This document shows, piece by piece, positions 9,590 to 18,655 of a stretch of DNA of 64,000 nt. Made by a program: the position numbers and the translations under genes. The stretch spans positions 288,001-352,000 of the forward strand of contig CAVXTH010000009.1 of the NCBI GenBank assembly GCA_963764625.1. The letters are read 5' to 3'. A model generated the notes under the pieces. That model had not been told where the DNA came from and searched no databases. It saw only the letters and a list, made by a program, of their open reading frames with translations. How positions within the stretch are numbered: position 1 is the stretch's first letter; each line of letters begins with the position of its first letter. Origin of the DNA: Candidatus Krumholzibacteriota bacterium. GTDB lineage: Bacteria > Krumholzibacteriota > Krumholzibacteriia > JAJRXK01.

Positions 9590-11797
9590 ATGATCGGTCA
9601 GAGGGTCTCACACTACCTCATCACGGCCAAATTGGGCAGTGGGGGCATGGGCGTCGTTTACGAAGCAAAGGACGAGCAACTCGGACGCCAGGTGGCTCTG
9701 AAGTTCTTGCCCAATGAACTGGCCAAGGACGAGTCCACCCTCCAGCGTTTCCAGAGGGAGGCACGCGCGGCCTCTGCCCTCAACCACCCTGGAATCTGTA
9801 CCGTCTATGCCATCGAGCAACACGAGGGCGAACAGTTCATCGTGATGGAACTGCTGGAGGGAGAGACGCTCGCCGATCGCATTCGCAAAGAGAGAATCGC
9901 GATCGAGAAGCTCCTGCAGCTGTCCATCGAAATCACCGATGCGTTGGAGTCGGCTCATGCCAAGGGAATCGTGCATCGCGATTTGAAGCCGGCCAACATA
10001 TTCATCAGCTCCCGTGACCAGGCCAAGATTCTCGACTTCGGTCTGGCAAAGATCGACCACTTGCGCGGTGCTCCAGAAGGATCGGCCGCGGCCACCGTCG
10101 TACGCTCGGATGAGCTCACGATGGCGGGAGCCACTTTGGGGACGGTAGCCTACATGTCTCCCGAGCAGGCGCGCGGACAACTCACCGACGCTCGCACCGA
10201 TCTGTTTTCTCTGGGGGCGGTGATGTACGAAATGGCCTCCGGGAAATTGCCGTTTCAGGGAGACACCTCCGCCATGATCTACGATGCCATCCTGAATCGG
10301 GAGCCCGAAGAACTGGACCAGGTGAATTCGGGGATGCCGGTAGAACTCAGCCGTATCATCGGCAAAGCCCTGGAAAAAGATCGAAATCTGCGCTACCAGA
10401 CCGCCACCGATCTGAAGACCGATCTGCGCCGGCTCAAGCGCGACATCGAATCTGGGACACGATCCGCTTCCAAGATTGGAGACTCCAGCACCGGCATGGC
10501 ACTCGAGCGCGCGAGCAAATCCGTTGCGGTTCTGTACTTCGAAAATTTGAGCGGAATCAAAGAGGACGAGTATTTTCGCGACGGCGTCACCGAGGACATC
10601 GTGACCGAACTCTCCAAGATCAAGGGACTGAAGATCTTCTCCCGGGCCACGGTACTCGCCTATCGCGACAAGCAGATCACTCCGGCTCAAATCGGGCAGC
10701 AACTCAGCGCGGCCTATGTTCTGATGGGTAGCGTTCGTCGCGCCGGCACGCGCCTTCGCATCAACACCCAGTTGGTGGATACCCAGACCGATTTTCCGCT
10801 GTGGTCCGAGCGCTACGATCGCGAGATGAAGGATGTCTTCGAGGTCCAGGACGAAATCGCGCGCAAGATCGCGGAAGCTCTGCGCGTGACCCTGTCTCCA
10901 CAAGAACAGAAGGCGCTCGCGGCAAAGCCCACCGATGACCTGCAGGCCTACGATTTGTATTTACGCGGCCGGACTTTCGCGCGTCGGCTCTCCCGGCAGG
11001 ATCTGGAATTTGCATTACAAATGTTCGAGAATGCGGTCACGCTCGATCCCCATTTCGCTTTGGCCCATGCCGCCATCGCGAACGTGTGCGCCCAGTACCA
11101 CTACCATTTCGACCGGGCGCAGTCTTGGGTCCAACGGGCCATTGCTGCCACTGACCGGGCAAGCACTTATGGTAAGGATGTCCCCGAGATTCTCGTGGCC
11201 CAGGCATGGGTTGCGTATGTGGGAAAGAATTACGACGAAGCGGTGATGCGGGTTCGTAGGGCAATCGAGTTGAAGCCCGATTGCGAAGGAGCCTACTATC
11301 TTCAGGGTCGTATTCTATTTGCGGCGGGCCGTTACCAAGAACTCGTCGATATGGCGGAGGTGGCAATCGCACACTCCGGTGAGAATTACAACGTCTACGT
11401 TCCCATCCGCAATGCACTCGGTGCGCTCGGCAAGAATGACGCGCTCCAGAATCACGTACAGAGGGAAGTCCAGGTCTACGAAGCGCATTTGAAGACAGCG
11501 CCCGAAGATGCGAGGGTGCGCACCCTGCTGGCGGGAGATTATGCAGATCTCCAAAGACCGGAAGACGCCGAGCGCGAGGCCAGTCTCGCGATGGCCCTGC
11601 GCCCCGATGACGCGATGGTTCTCTATAATGTCAGTTGCGTGTTCTCGATTCTCGGGAACAAAGCGAGCGCACTGCAAGCGCTTCGTAAGGCTACGGATGC
11701 CGGGTTCAACGATCCAGTTTGGGCTCGGCACGACCCGGAGCTGAATCTGCTTCACGGAGAACCCGAGTTCGAGGAGATGTTCCCAACCGTCGACTGA
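9590..11797 (+). CDS. Hanks-type Ser/Thr protein kinase with TolB-N-like and TPR domains
   Basis: LGSGGMGVVY, VALK, HRDLKPAN, DFG, GTVAYMSPEQ; SVAVLYFENLS..EYF.DGVTEDI; C-terminal TPRs; no TM segment. Confidence 0.93.
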   Translation: MIGQRVSHYLITAKLGSGGMGVVYEAKDEQLGRQVALKFLPNELAKDESTLQRFQREARAASALNHPGICTVYAIEQHEGEQFIVMELLEGETLADRIRKERIAIEKLLQLSIEITDALESAHAKGIVHRDLKPANIFISSRDQAKILDFGLAKIDHLRGAPEGSAAATVVRSDELTMAGATLGTVAYMSPEQARGQLTDARTDLFSLGAVMYEMASGKLPFQGDTSAMIYDAILNREPEELDQVNSGMPVELSRIIGKALEKDRNLRYQTATDLKTDLRRLKRDIESGTRSASKIGDSSTGMALERASKSVAVLYFENLSGIKEDEYFRDGVTEDIVTELSKIKGLKIFSRATVLAYRDKQITPAQIGQQLSAAYVLMGSVRRAGTRLRINTQLVDTQTDFPLWSERYDREMKDVFEVQDEIARKIAEALRVTLSPQEQKALAAKPTDDLQAYDLYLRGRTFARRLSRQDLEFALQMFENAVTLDPHFALAHAAIANVCAQYHYHFDRAQSWVQRAIAATDRASTYGKDVPEILVAQAWVAYVGKNYDEAVMRVRRAIELKPDCEGAYYLQGRILFAAGRYQELVDMAEVAIAHSGENYNVYVPIRNALGALGKNDALQNHVQREVQVYEAHLKTAPEDARVRTLLAGDYADLQRPEDAEREASLAMALRPDDAMVLYNVSCVFSILGNKASALQALRKATDAGFNDPVWARHDPELNLLHGEPEFEEMFPTVD

Positions 11798-11811
11798 AGC
11801 AGGTGGGGCCT

Positions 11812-13254
11812 TTGAGTACGGTGTTCGACATCATCAATCCGGCTACGGGAGAGACGGTCGGCCAATTTGAGGAGATGTCTCCGGGCACCCTTCGAGACAC
11901 ACTGAGAGCCTGCACCCAGGCTCAGAGTTCTTGGGCCAGGGTTTCCTGCTCTGAACGCGCCATTGGCATGCGCGCGGTGGCCGGGCTCCTACGGTCGCGC
12001 CAAGACGATCTCTCCGAGTTGATGACCCGAGAAATGGGCAAACCCCGCGGGCAAGCGGTGGCCGAGGTGCAGAAGTGTGCCTGGGTCTGCGAGTACTTCG
12101 CGGAGCACGCCGAGGAGTTCCTCGCTCCAGACGAGGTGGAAACCGGCGCGCGGCACAGCTTCGTCTCCTACCAAGCTCTGGGCTTGATCCTCGCCATCAT
12201 GCCCTGGAACTATCCACTGTGGCAGGTGTTCCGTTGCGCGGCTCCGGCGCTGATGGCGGGCAACGGCGTCTTGCTGAAGCACGCTCCCAGTGTCTTTGGC
12301 TGCTCGCTCGCGATCGAGGAGATCGTCCGAGAAGCGGGGATTCCGGAGAATCTGTTTCGCTCTCTCATCCTCGACATCCCACTGGCGACCGCGCTCATTC
12401 ACGATACCCAGATCGCGGCCGTCAGCGTCACCGCCAGCGTCAGGGCCGGCCGCGCCATCGCGGCCGAGGCGGGACGGGCGCTGAAGAAGTGTGTTCTGGA
12501 GCTGGGAGGCTCCGACCCCTTCATCGTCTTGGATGACGCGGAGATCGACAGGGCAGTCGAGGTGGGGATCGCGAGTCGCTTCCAGAACAACGCACAGAGT
12601 TGCATCGCCGCCAAACGCTTCATCATCGTCGAGAATGTGTACGAGGAATTCACCACGAAGTTCGTGAGAGCGGCAAAGGCCTTGAGGATGGGAGACCCTC
12701 TGCGGGACGAGGTCTCGATCGGGCCGATGGCGCGTTTGGATCTGCGCGATACTCTCCACGAGCAGGTGGAACAAAGTGTCGCGGCCGGGGCCCGCCTGCT
12801 TTTAGGCGGCGTCATTCCCGCGGGTCCCGGAGCCTTCTATCCCGCTACGGTTCTGGCCGAAGTTCAGAAGGAGATGCCGGTGTGGCGGGAAGAGACTTTC
12901 GGACCGGTGGCGGCGCTGATTCGGGCCCGCGATGAGCGACAGGCGATCGAGTTCGCCAACCACAGCGAGTTCGGTCTGAGCGGATCGGTGTGGACGCGCG
13001 ACCTGGAGCGCGGAGAACGAATCGCCAACGAGGAGTTGCACTCGGGGGCCGCTTTCGTCAACGAGATGTCCAAGTCGGATCCCCGGATACCGTTCGGCGG
13101 GGTACGCTCTTCCGGCTACGGACGTGAACTGTCGATCCATGGAATCCGCGAGTTCGTGAACGTGCATTCCGTATGGGTGAACGACGTCGAAGTGAAAGAG
13201 GGTGGAAGCCATGACGAGGAATCCGAGGGGGAAGAGAGTCGCGCCTCGATCTAG
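11812..13254 (+). CDS. NAD(P)-dependent succinate-semialdehyde dehydrogenase-like aldehyde dehydrogenase
   Basis: INPATGE, IMPWNYP, LELGGSDP, QSCIAAKR, EETFGPV, PFGGVRSSGYGRE. TTG start after AGGTGG. Confidence 0.9.
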   Translation: MSTVFDIINPATGETVGQFEEMSPGTLRDTLRACTQAQSSWARVSCSERAIGMRAVAGLLRSRQDDLSELMTREMGKPRGQAVAEVQKCAWVCEYFAEHAEEFLAPDEVETGARHSFVSYQALGLILAIMPWNYPLWQVFRCAAPALMAGNGVLLKHAPSVFGCSLAIEEIVREAGIPENLFRSLILDIPLATALIHDTQIAAVSVTASVRAGRAIAAEAGRALKKCVLELGGSDPFIVLDDAEIDRAVEVGIASRFQNNAQSCIAAKRFIIVENVYEEFTTKFVRAAKALRMGDPLRDEVSIGPMARLDLRDTLHEQVEQSVAAGARLLLGGVIPAGPGAFYPATVLAEVQKEMPVWREETFGPVAALIRARDERQAIEFANHSEFGLSGSVWTRDLERGERIANEELHSGAAFVNEMSKSDPRIPFGGVRSSGYGRELSIHGIREFVNVHSVWVNDVEVKEGGSHDEESEGEESRASI

Positions 13255-14251
13255 CGTGGTCGTATTTCTCATCTTGTTCTGCTTCTGCGCCTGCGCGAAA
13301 TCACCGGCGCGACCCGACTACGCATTGGTGCTCCACGGCGGCGCGGGCACGATTCTCAAGAAGAACATGGATGCCGCGACGGAGAAAGCTTACCGCGACA
13401 AACTCACCGAAGCGCTACGGACCGGAGAGGGCGTCTTGAAGAACGGTGGCTCGAGCCTGGACGCGGTCGAGGCAGTCATCGAACTCCTGGAGGATTCCCC
13501 GCTCTTCAACGCGGGGCGCGGCGCCGTATTCACTGCCGAGGGAAAGAACGAGATGGACGCCTCGATCATGGATGGCAGCAATCGAAATGCGGGGGCAGTG
13601 GCCGGGGTGACGACGATCAAGCATCCCATCGCGGCCGCGCGGGCGGTGATGACCCAGTCCAAACACGTCATGCTCTCAGGCAGAGGAGCCGAGAGCTTCG
13701 CGGCCGCCCACGGTCTGGAGATCGTGCCCCCCGAGTACTTCTGGACCCAGAGGCGCTGGGACGCCTATCAGAAGATGAAGGAGCAGGCCGAGTCAACCGG
13801 TGGCCCGAGCGAGCACGGTACCGTGGGCTGCGTGGCCCTTGATAGGAAGGGGAACATCGCGGCCGGCACTTCGACGGGCGGTTTGACGATGAAACTCTGG
13901 GGTCGCATTGGAGATTCGCCCATCATCGGAGCCGGCACCTACGCGAGCAACGAGACCTGCGGAGTCTCCTGCACCGGCCAGGGAGAGTACTTCATTCGCA
14001 ACGTGGTGGCGTACGACATCGCGGCGCTCATGAAGTACCGCGGTATGAGTCTGCAGAGCGCGGCCAAGAGCGTGATCCACGGTGAGCTCGTGGCGCAACA
14101 CGCCGAAGGTGGGCTGGTCGCGTTGGACAAGAACGGGAACATCGCCATGGAGTTCAACACGCCCGGGATGTACCGGGGTTTCGTGAAGTCCAGCGGGGAG
14201 TTTGGCGTGTTCTTCTACGGAGACGAAGGCGCGAACACCGAGACTCCATGA
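13211..14251 (+). CDS. iaaA: Isoaspartyl peptidase/L-asparaginase (Ntn hydrolase), probably exported
   Basis: LHGGAG, FNAGRG, EMDASIMDG, nucleophile GTVGCVA, TSTGG, GRIGDSP; hydrophobic N-terminus with Cys. Confidence 0.9.
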   Translation: MTRNPRGKRVAPRSSVVVFLILFCFCACAKSPARPDYALVLHGGAGTILKKNMDAATEKAYRDKLTEALRTGEGVLKNGGSSLDAVEAVIELLEDSPLFNAGRGAVFTAEGKNEMDASIMDGSNRNAGAVAGVTTIKHPIAAARAVMTQSKHVMLSGRGAESFAAAHGLEIVPPEYFWTQRRWDAYQKMKEQAESTGGPSEHGTVGCVALDRKGNIAAGTSTGGLTMKLWGRIGDSPIIGAGTYASNETCGVSCTGQGEYFIRNVVAYDIAALMKYRGMSLQSAAKSVIHGELVAQHAEGGLVALDKNGNIAMEFNTPGMYRGFVKSSGEFGVFFYGDEGANTETP

Positions 14252-14296
14252 ACGGCGTCCGCACCGCCTCGTCGCCCTCCCGCATTCCCATGCGTA

Positions 14297-16195
14297 TCAG
14301 AAGTTCCAGAGTTTGAAGCGTCCCAGGTTCTCCGTAGCCGGCGTCGTAGGCGGAATTCCCAATTCTTTCAGTACGCCCGGGAGACGCGCCGCGCTCTTGG
14401 GAGTTTCGAAGTACACCAGGGTGCGGGGCGCGCCCGCGATCTGCGCGCGCGCGAGCGGCACTCTCGAGGAGTCGGGTTTGCGCAGGTAGTTGGAGAAGTC
14501 TCTGCCGGCCAGGTACCAGGGATATACTCCGTGAACCACTAGCTCGCGGTGCGAGAGCTTAAGATTCAGGCTGTCCCATTCCTTCAAATCCTCGGGTGAG
14601 CACCCGGTGAGCTCGCGCAGTCTCGCCCGCCGGGAATCCTCCCGTGCGGCTTGGAGCGCAGGATGCAACGCCACTGTGATGCTGAGAGTGGCCAGCAGCA
14701 GTCCGGTCGCCAAGGAAGACATCACGCCGCCGTACCGGCTCCGAGGCCTGTGTTCCAAGGTGGAAGCGAAGGCCCGATGACCCGCGAGTTTCTCCACCAG
14801 CAGATCGAGGCCGAGCGCCACGAACACCACCAGCAGGCCGAAGGGCACCAGGCCGAAGCGGGCCAGAGAATATCCTTCGAGGAGCCAGTCCGGAGTTTGG
14901 CCAGCGGGGTCCTTTAGATAGGCTGGAATCGTCCAGAGGATTCCGAGAGTGGCCAGGATACACAACCCGAGGGCCCACTGAACGCGGAGTCTCCGGCGCG
15001 AGAGCACGGCCACCGGGAACAGCGCCGTTCCCAGGAGCGGGAGAACTCCCAGATGGTCCCGGATCGCGTGCAGGTAGAGCCAACGGGCGTGCCCCGAAGC
15101 GCGCAGGTAGGGCCACACCGAGGTGAAGTCGTCGATTCCGTAAAGGGTGCTGTGGGTCGACGCCCCGAAAAGCGTGACACCGAAGATCGCGACGCGACCC
15201 GGGTAGAATGGATTGCCGGTGAGGAACCAGTTCCGCAGGAAAGGAACCGCGCCCACGGCCAGAGCGAGCCCGGCCACTGGCGCGAAGCGGTGCACGACGG
15301 AGGGTCCGTCTGCCTCTTGTTTCAGCTGAGTTAGGAGCGCGCAGCCAAGCACGATGACCACGAAGACCGGGCCCAGGTGCTTGCAGCCCATCGCCAGGCC
15401 CAGAGCGAGCCCGGCCATGATTCTCTCCCGTCGGTGCGTGAGGGGCCCCAGACACCACGCGAATCCCGCGAGGACCAGAGCCGCCAGCCACAGGTCGGTT
15501 TCCTGGGTGGTGGACTGTCTCTGAATCGCGCGCGCAGTCTCGAAGAAGAGCCCCACGCTGAGCCATGCGATGCCGCCGCGAATCTCGAGCCGCTGGCAGA
15601 TTCGCACCAAAGCGCCTGCGAGGAGGAGGTAGGCCAGCGGATTCTGCAGCGCCATGAGTGCGTCGTGCCATCTCTCGTTCCACCACCAACCTCCCGCCAG
15701 TTCCGCGTAGGGGGGACTGTGGCCGAAAGGTGGGGCCAGGCTGAAGATGTGACCTCTTAAGTAGGTATCCAGGAGGAGCGGGAGGTGGTAGAGCAGGCTA
15801 TCGCCATCCCAGGGCGCCCGAGCCAGGGATCGAGCCAGCTCCTGGCCGAGCGGAACCAGCAAAAGGGCCGCCCCGAGCAGACAAAGGCCCCATTCTCCCC
15901 GCCAACGCGACTGCAGTGGATCCTGAGCTTCGTCCAGGCGAGGCCTGCCGCGCGAGAGCCAAAAGAACAGCAGCGCCGAGAGCAGCGTCACCAGAGCGTG
16001 CTCGGTCAGGGAGTTCAATGCGCCAAGGGCCGAAAGCGCGAGCTGCGGAATCACGATCAAGGCGACCCACGTCACGCTACCCGCGCAGAGGGCGGCGGCG
16101 GCGCCGTGCTCCAGGGATCGGCGCGCCCACGAGATGGAGACCGCCACCGAGAGAATCGTGCCGAGAAAGAAGAGCAGGGGATCCAGGAGCGACAT
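14297..16195 (-). CDS. Polytopic membrane protein, GT-C-type glycosyltransferase-like
   Basis: More than 12 hydrophobic segments; DSLLYHLP, ETDLW, GLAMGCK, RNWFLTGNPFYP motifs typical of ArnT/PMT-like proteins. Confidence 0.65.
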   Translation of the reverse strand: MSLLDPLLFFLGTILSVAVSISWARRSLEHGAAAALCAGSVTWVALIVIPQLALSALGALNSLTEHALVTLLSALLFFWLSRGRPRLDEAQDPLQSRWRGEWGLCLLGAALLLVPLGQELARSLARAPWDGDSLLYHLPLLLDTYLRGHIFSLAPPFGHSPPYAELAGGWWWNERWHDALMALQNPLAYLLLAGALVRICQRLEIRGGIAWLSVGLFFETARAIQRQSTTQETDLWLAALVLAGFAWCLGPLTHRRERIMAGLALGLAMGCKHLGPVFVVIVLGCALLTQLKQEADGPSVVHRFAPVAGLALAVGAVPFLRNWFLTGNPFYPGRVAIFGVTLFGASTHSTLYGIDDFTSVWPYLRASGHARWLYLHAIRDHLGVLPLLGTALFPVAVLSRRRLRVQWALGLCILATLGILWTIPAYLKDPAGQTPDWLLEGYSLARFGLVPFGLLVVFVALGLDLLVEKLAGHRAFASTLEHRPRSRYGGVMSSLATGLLLATLSITVALHPALQAAREDSRRARLRELTGCSPEDLKEWDSLNLKLSHRELVVHGVYPWYLAGRDFSNYLRKPDSSRVPLARAQIAGAPRTLVYFETPKSAARLPGVLKELGIPPTTPATENLGRFKLWNF

Positions 16196-16569
16196 GGTCA
16201 CCTGTTTCAAGATTCAACTCGCATGCAGTTCGGTCTCGACGGGAACCTCGCGGTCGACGACCAGAGTTCCACGCACGTCGATTTTCTCTCCTGAGTTCTC
16301 AGGGTGCAATCCTTCCATCGTTCGTACTCCTTCCTTTTCTGGCGCGGGTTGGCCCTCGAGAACCGACGAACCTGTCCAACTTAGGGGGAGGTGAGAACCT
16401 CGCCACGAATGCGCGGCTGCCCGCGGCAGCGGCTTTCTGCCCCATTGGCGCCGAGAGGAGACAATCTGTCCGCTTTCGGTCCTCCAATGCGTTGACTTCA
16501 GTAGAGGCGGATTCCGATCCCCTCACCACTTGGAAACGCCGTCTGTCCCCTTCAGCCCGAGAGAAACCA

Positions 16570-17220
16570 ATGCAACGCCACGCCCTCAGTTCGATTCTCG
16601 CTCTGGCTCTGCTCGTCAGTGGCGCCTGTGGAAAGTCCCCCTCCGAGCCCAGCGAGCCCCCGCCGCCGGTTTCCGCACTCGCCTGCGAGAATCCGGCCCT
16701 GGCAGCCACTACGGCGCAGCCCTTCGATAAGGTGGAAGTCACCGGAATCTCCGGGATCGGAGATGAGACCTGGGTCGAGTACGAGACGGCCGCGGGCACC
16801 AAGGGGCTCACCGCGGTCGTCGTCGATGGAGAGGGCAAGGCTCAGATCGTGGTTCCGGCCAATCCGGATTCCCTGATGAAGAGCGCGAGCTTGAGCTGCG
16901 ACAGCTATCAGTCTCCCAATCTCCCGCCGATCAAGGACACGGTGAGTGTCGTGATCCTTCGCGTCGAGCCCGACGGAACCATTCTTCCACCGACGCCATC
17001 CACGATTCCGATCCAGGTCACATGCGGACCAGATAGTCCCAATGTAGACATCGATCGTCTGATGATCTTTGATGCTCCCGCGCAGCCGGAGCAAAAAGAC
17101 CACGTAATGGTCTTGTTCCAGGCCAGCAATGCCAGCTACGGGGCTCTTGCCGATGCCGAAGGGGAGGCCAACCATACGGGCTACTTGAGGGGCTACGTCA
17201 GTGTGAAGAACGAGAACTGA
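16570..17220 (+). CDS. Hypothetical lipoprotein
   Basis: MQRHALSSILALALLVSGAC lipobox followed by a Pro-rich linker; the ORF-track start at 15916 is over-extended. Confidence 0.6.
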   Translation: MQRHALSSILALALLVSGACGKSPSEPSEPPPPVSALACENPALAATTAQPFDKVEVTGISGIGDETWVEYETAAGTKGLTAVVVDGEGKAQIVVPANPDSLMKSASLSCDSYQSPNLPPIKDTVSVVILRVEPDGTILPPTPSTIPIQVTCGPDSPNVDIDRLMIFDAPAQPEQKDHVMVLFQASNASYGALADAEGEANHTGYLRGYVSVKNEN

Positions 17221-17388
17221 GTCGCACCGACCGGTGCGGACGAAAACGCTCGTCGACGCCCTTGACGCCGAAGGGCCGCTGTGTGCTAGCATCACGTGGC
17301 GCCCTTCCCCACAAGAACTGAGTCTTGCTTCTTGCTATGGGTGCACACCTCTACGAGGTTCCCATCTGATTTGTGGGAGGTTTCAAGT

Positions 17389-18222
17389 ATGCGAATGATT
17401 GCGAAACGGTTCGCTCTGCTGAGTGCCGCTCTGCTACTGCTGACGGTACTTGCTTCCCCTTCCTCTGCGGAGATCTCGCTCACGAGCATCTCCTGGTCGA
17501 CCGTGCAGGACAACGTCCAGTTCTCCCTGCACTTCCACAACGATGACCTTACAAATCCCTCGAGTACGGCGGATGTCACTCTGAGCGCCCAGCCATTCGG
17601 GATGTTCGTGGAGAGCTTGAGTCCACCGATTGGCACGTTCCAGGTGCCTATCCTTGCGCCCGACAGTTTCTTCGACATCACCTACGAGGTAGCGCTGGCT
17701 GCTCTTCCTCCGAGCGCTGAGGTCATCACGCCTCCTGGCGGCGGCGGAGCGACCAAGGCACCTCCGGTGGCTTGTCAGACCGACAGGTCCTGGGCCGGCA
17801 ACGTCGACGTCTTCTGGACCGGCGCCGACGGCAGCGGGCAGTCATTCTGGCATGCGGGAGCGATCGAGACTTGCCCTCAGGGGGGCAACTCCTACATCCA
17901 CGTGGTGATGGACTGTCAGGATCCTGCCGGTGTGAGCTGGTCGTTCAGTGGGCTGTGTCCCGGCTGGAGTGCTTCGCTCGTCGTCAATGCGGGGGGGATT
18001 CCCGGCGGAGCGGCCCCGAATCCCATTCCGACCGGGCCTTTCGACGGTTGGATTTGCGTTTCCGCGGATGGGACGGTCAACGACGGAGACATCTGCAACT
18101 TCAATCTGGATGCATCCTGTGGCGCCTCACCCGCGACCATCGCGATGACCGGCATCGCCTGCGTCTGTGGCGCGGTGCCCTCGGACGAATCCTCATGGGG
18201 CCGGGTGAAATCGCGCTACTAG
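17389..18222 (+). CDS. Secreted Cys-rich protein with C-terminal SWGRVKSRY motif
   Basis: GGGAGG RBS; signal peptide ..ASPSSA; 9 Cys in the C-terminal half; ends AVPSDESSWGRVKSRY. Confidence 0.8.
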   Translation: MRMIAKRFALLSAALLLLTVLASPSSAEISLTSISWSTVQDNVQFSLHFHNDDLTNPSSTADVTLSAQPFGMFVESLSPPIGTFQVPILAPDSFFDITYEVALAALPPSAEVITPPGGGGATKAPPVACQTDRSWAGNVDVFWTGADGSGQSFWHAGAIETCPQGGNSYIHVVMDCQDPAGVSWSFSGLCPGWSASLVVNAGGIPGGAAPNPIPTGPFDGWICVSADGTVNDGDICNFNLDASCGASPATIAMTGIACVCGAVPSDESSWGRVKSRY

Positions 18223-18258
18223 AGGCGTGGACACCTGGCGATTCAGATCACCGAAATG

Positions 18259-18298
18259 AAAGGAACGAGGAGTCCAAGCGGGCTCCTCGTTTCCTTTT
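18259..18298 (+). terminator. Rho-independent terminator
   Basis: Hairpin AAAGGAACGAGGAGTCC-AAGC-GGGCTCCTCGTTTCCTTTT just after stop 18222. Confidence 0.75.
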
Positions 18299-18530
18299 GT
18301 CCGCGATCTTCTCACGAGCGGGCAAATCAAGGTGTCTTTCGCAACTCGCTTGCTCGAGCGGGAAGAAGAGCTCGCACTCATGGGGAACGCGCAATCACAA
18401 CTGGATCGAATGAGTTCCATTCGTGTCGAAATCGACGGTACCAGCTACCATCAGACCACCCACACCTCCGTAGACCTCCATCGGTAGCCACGATCCCTCG
18501 AGAATCCGCTTCTTGCTACGCCGTGAGGAA

Positions 18531-18546
18531 TGGCACGCAATCTTCT
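18531..18546 (+). promoter_or_regulatory. Possible sigma-54-like promoter for the PorV/TonB operon
   Basis: TGGCACGCAATCTTCT: perfect -24 element and variant -12 (CTTC), about 110 nt before GTG 18656. Confidence 0.35.
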
Positions 18547-18655
18547 TGTGGGCCCTGCGATCCTGGATCCCTCCGACCAGAGCACAAGTCCCGTTCCTGT
18601 CTGGTCGTTCCCAGCTCGGGAGGATTGTCCCGCGCGCAGAGGAGAGGCGATTGAC

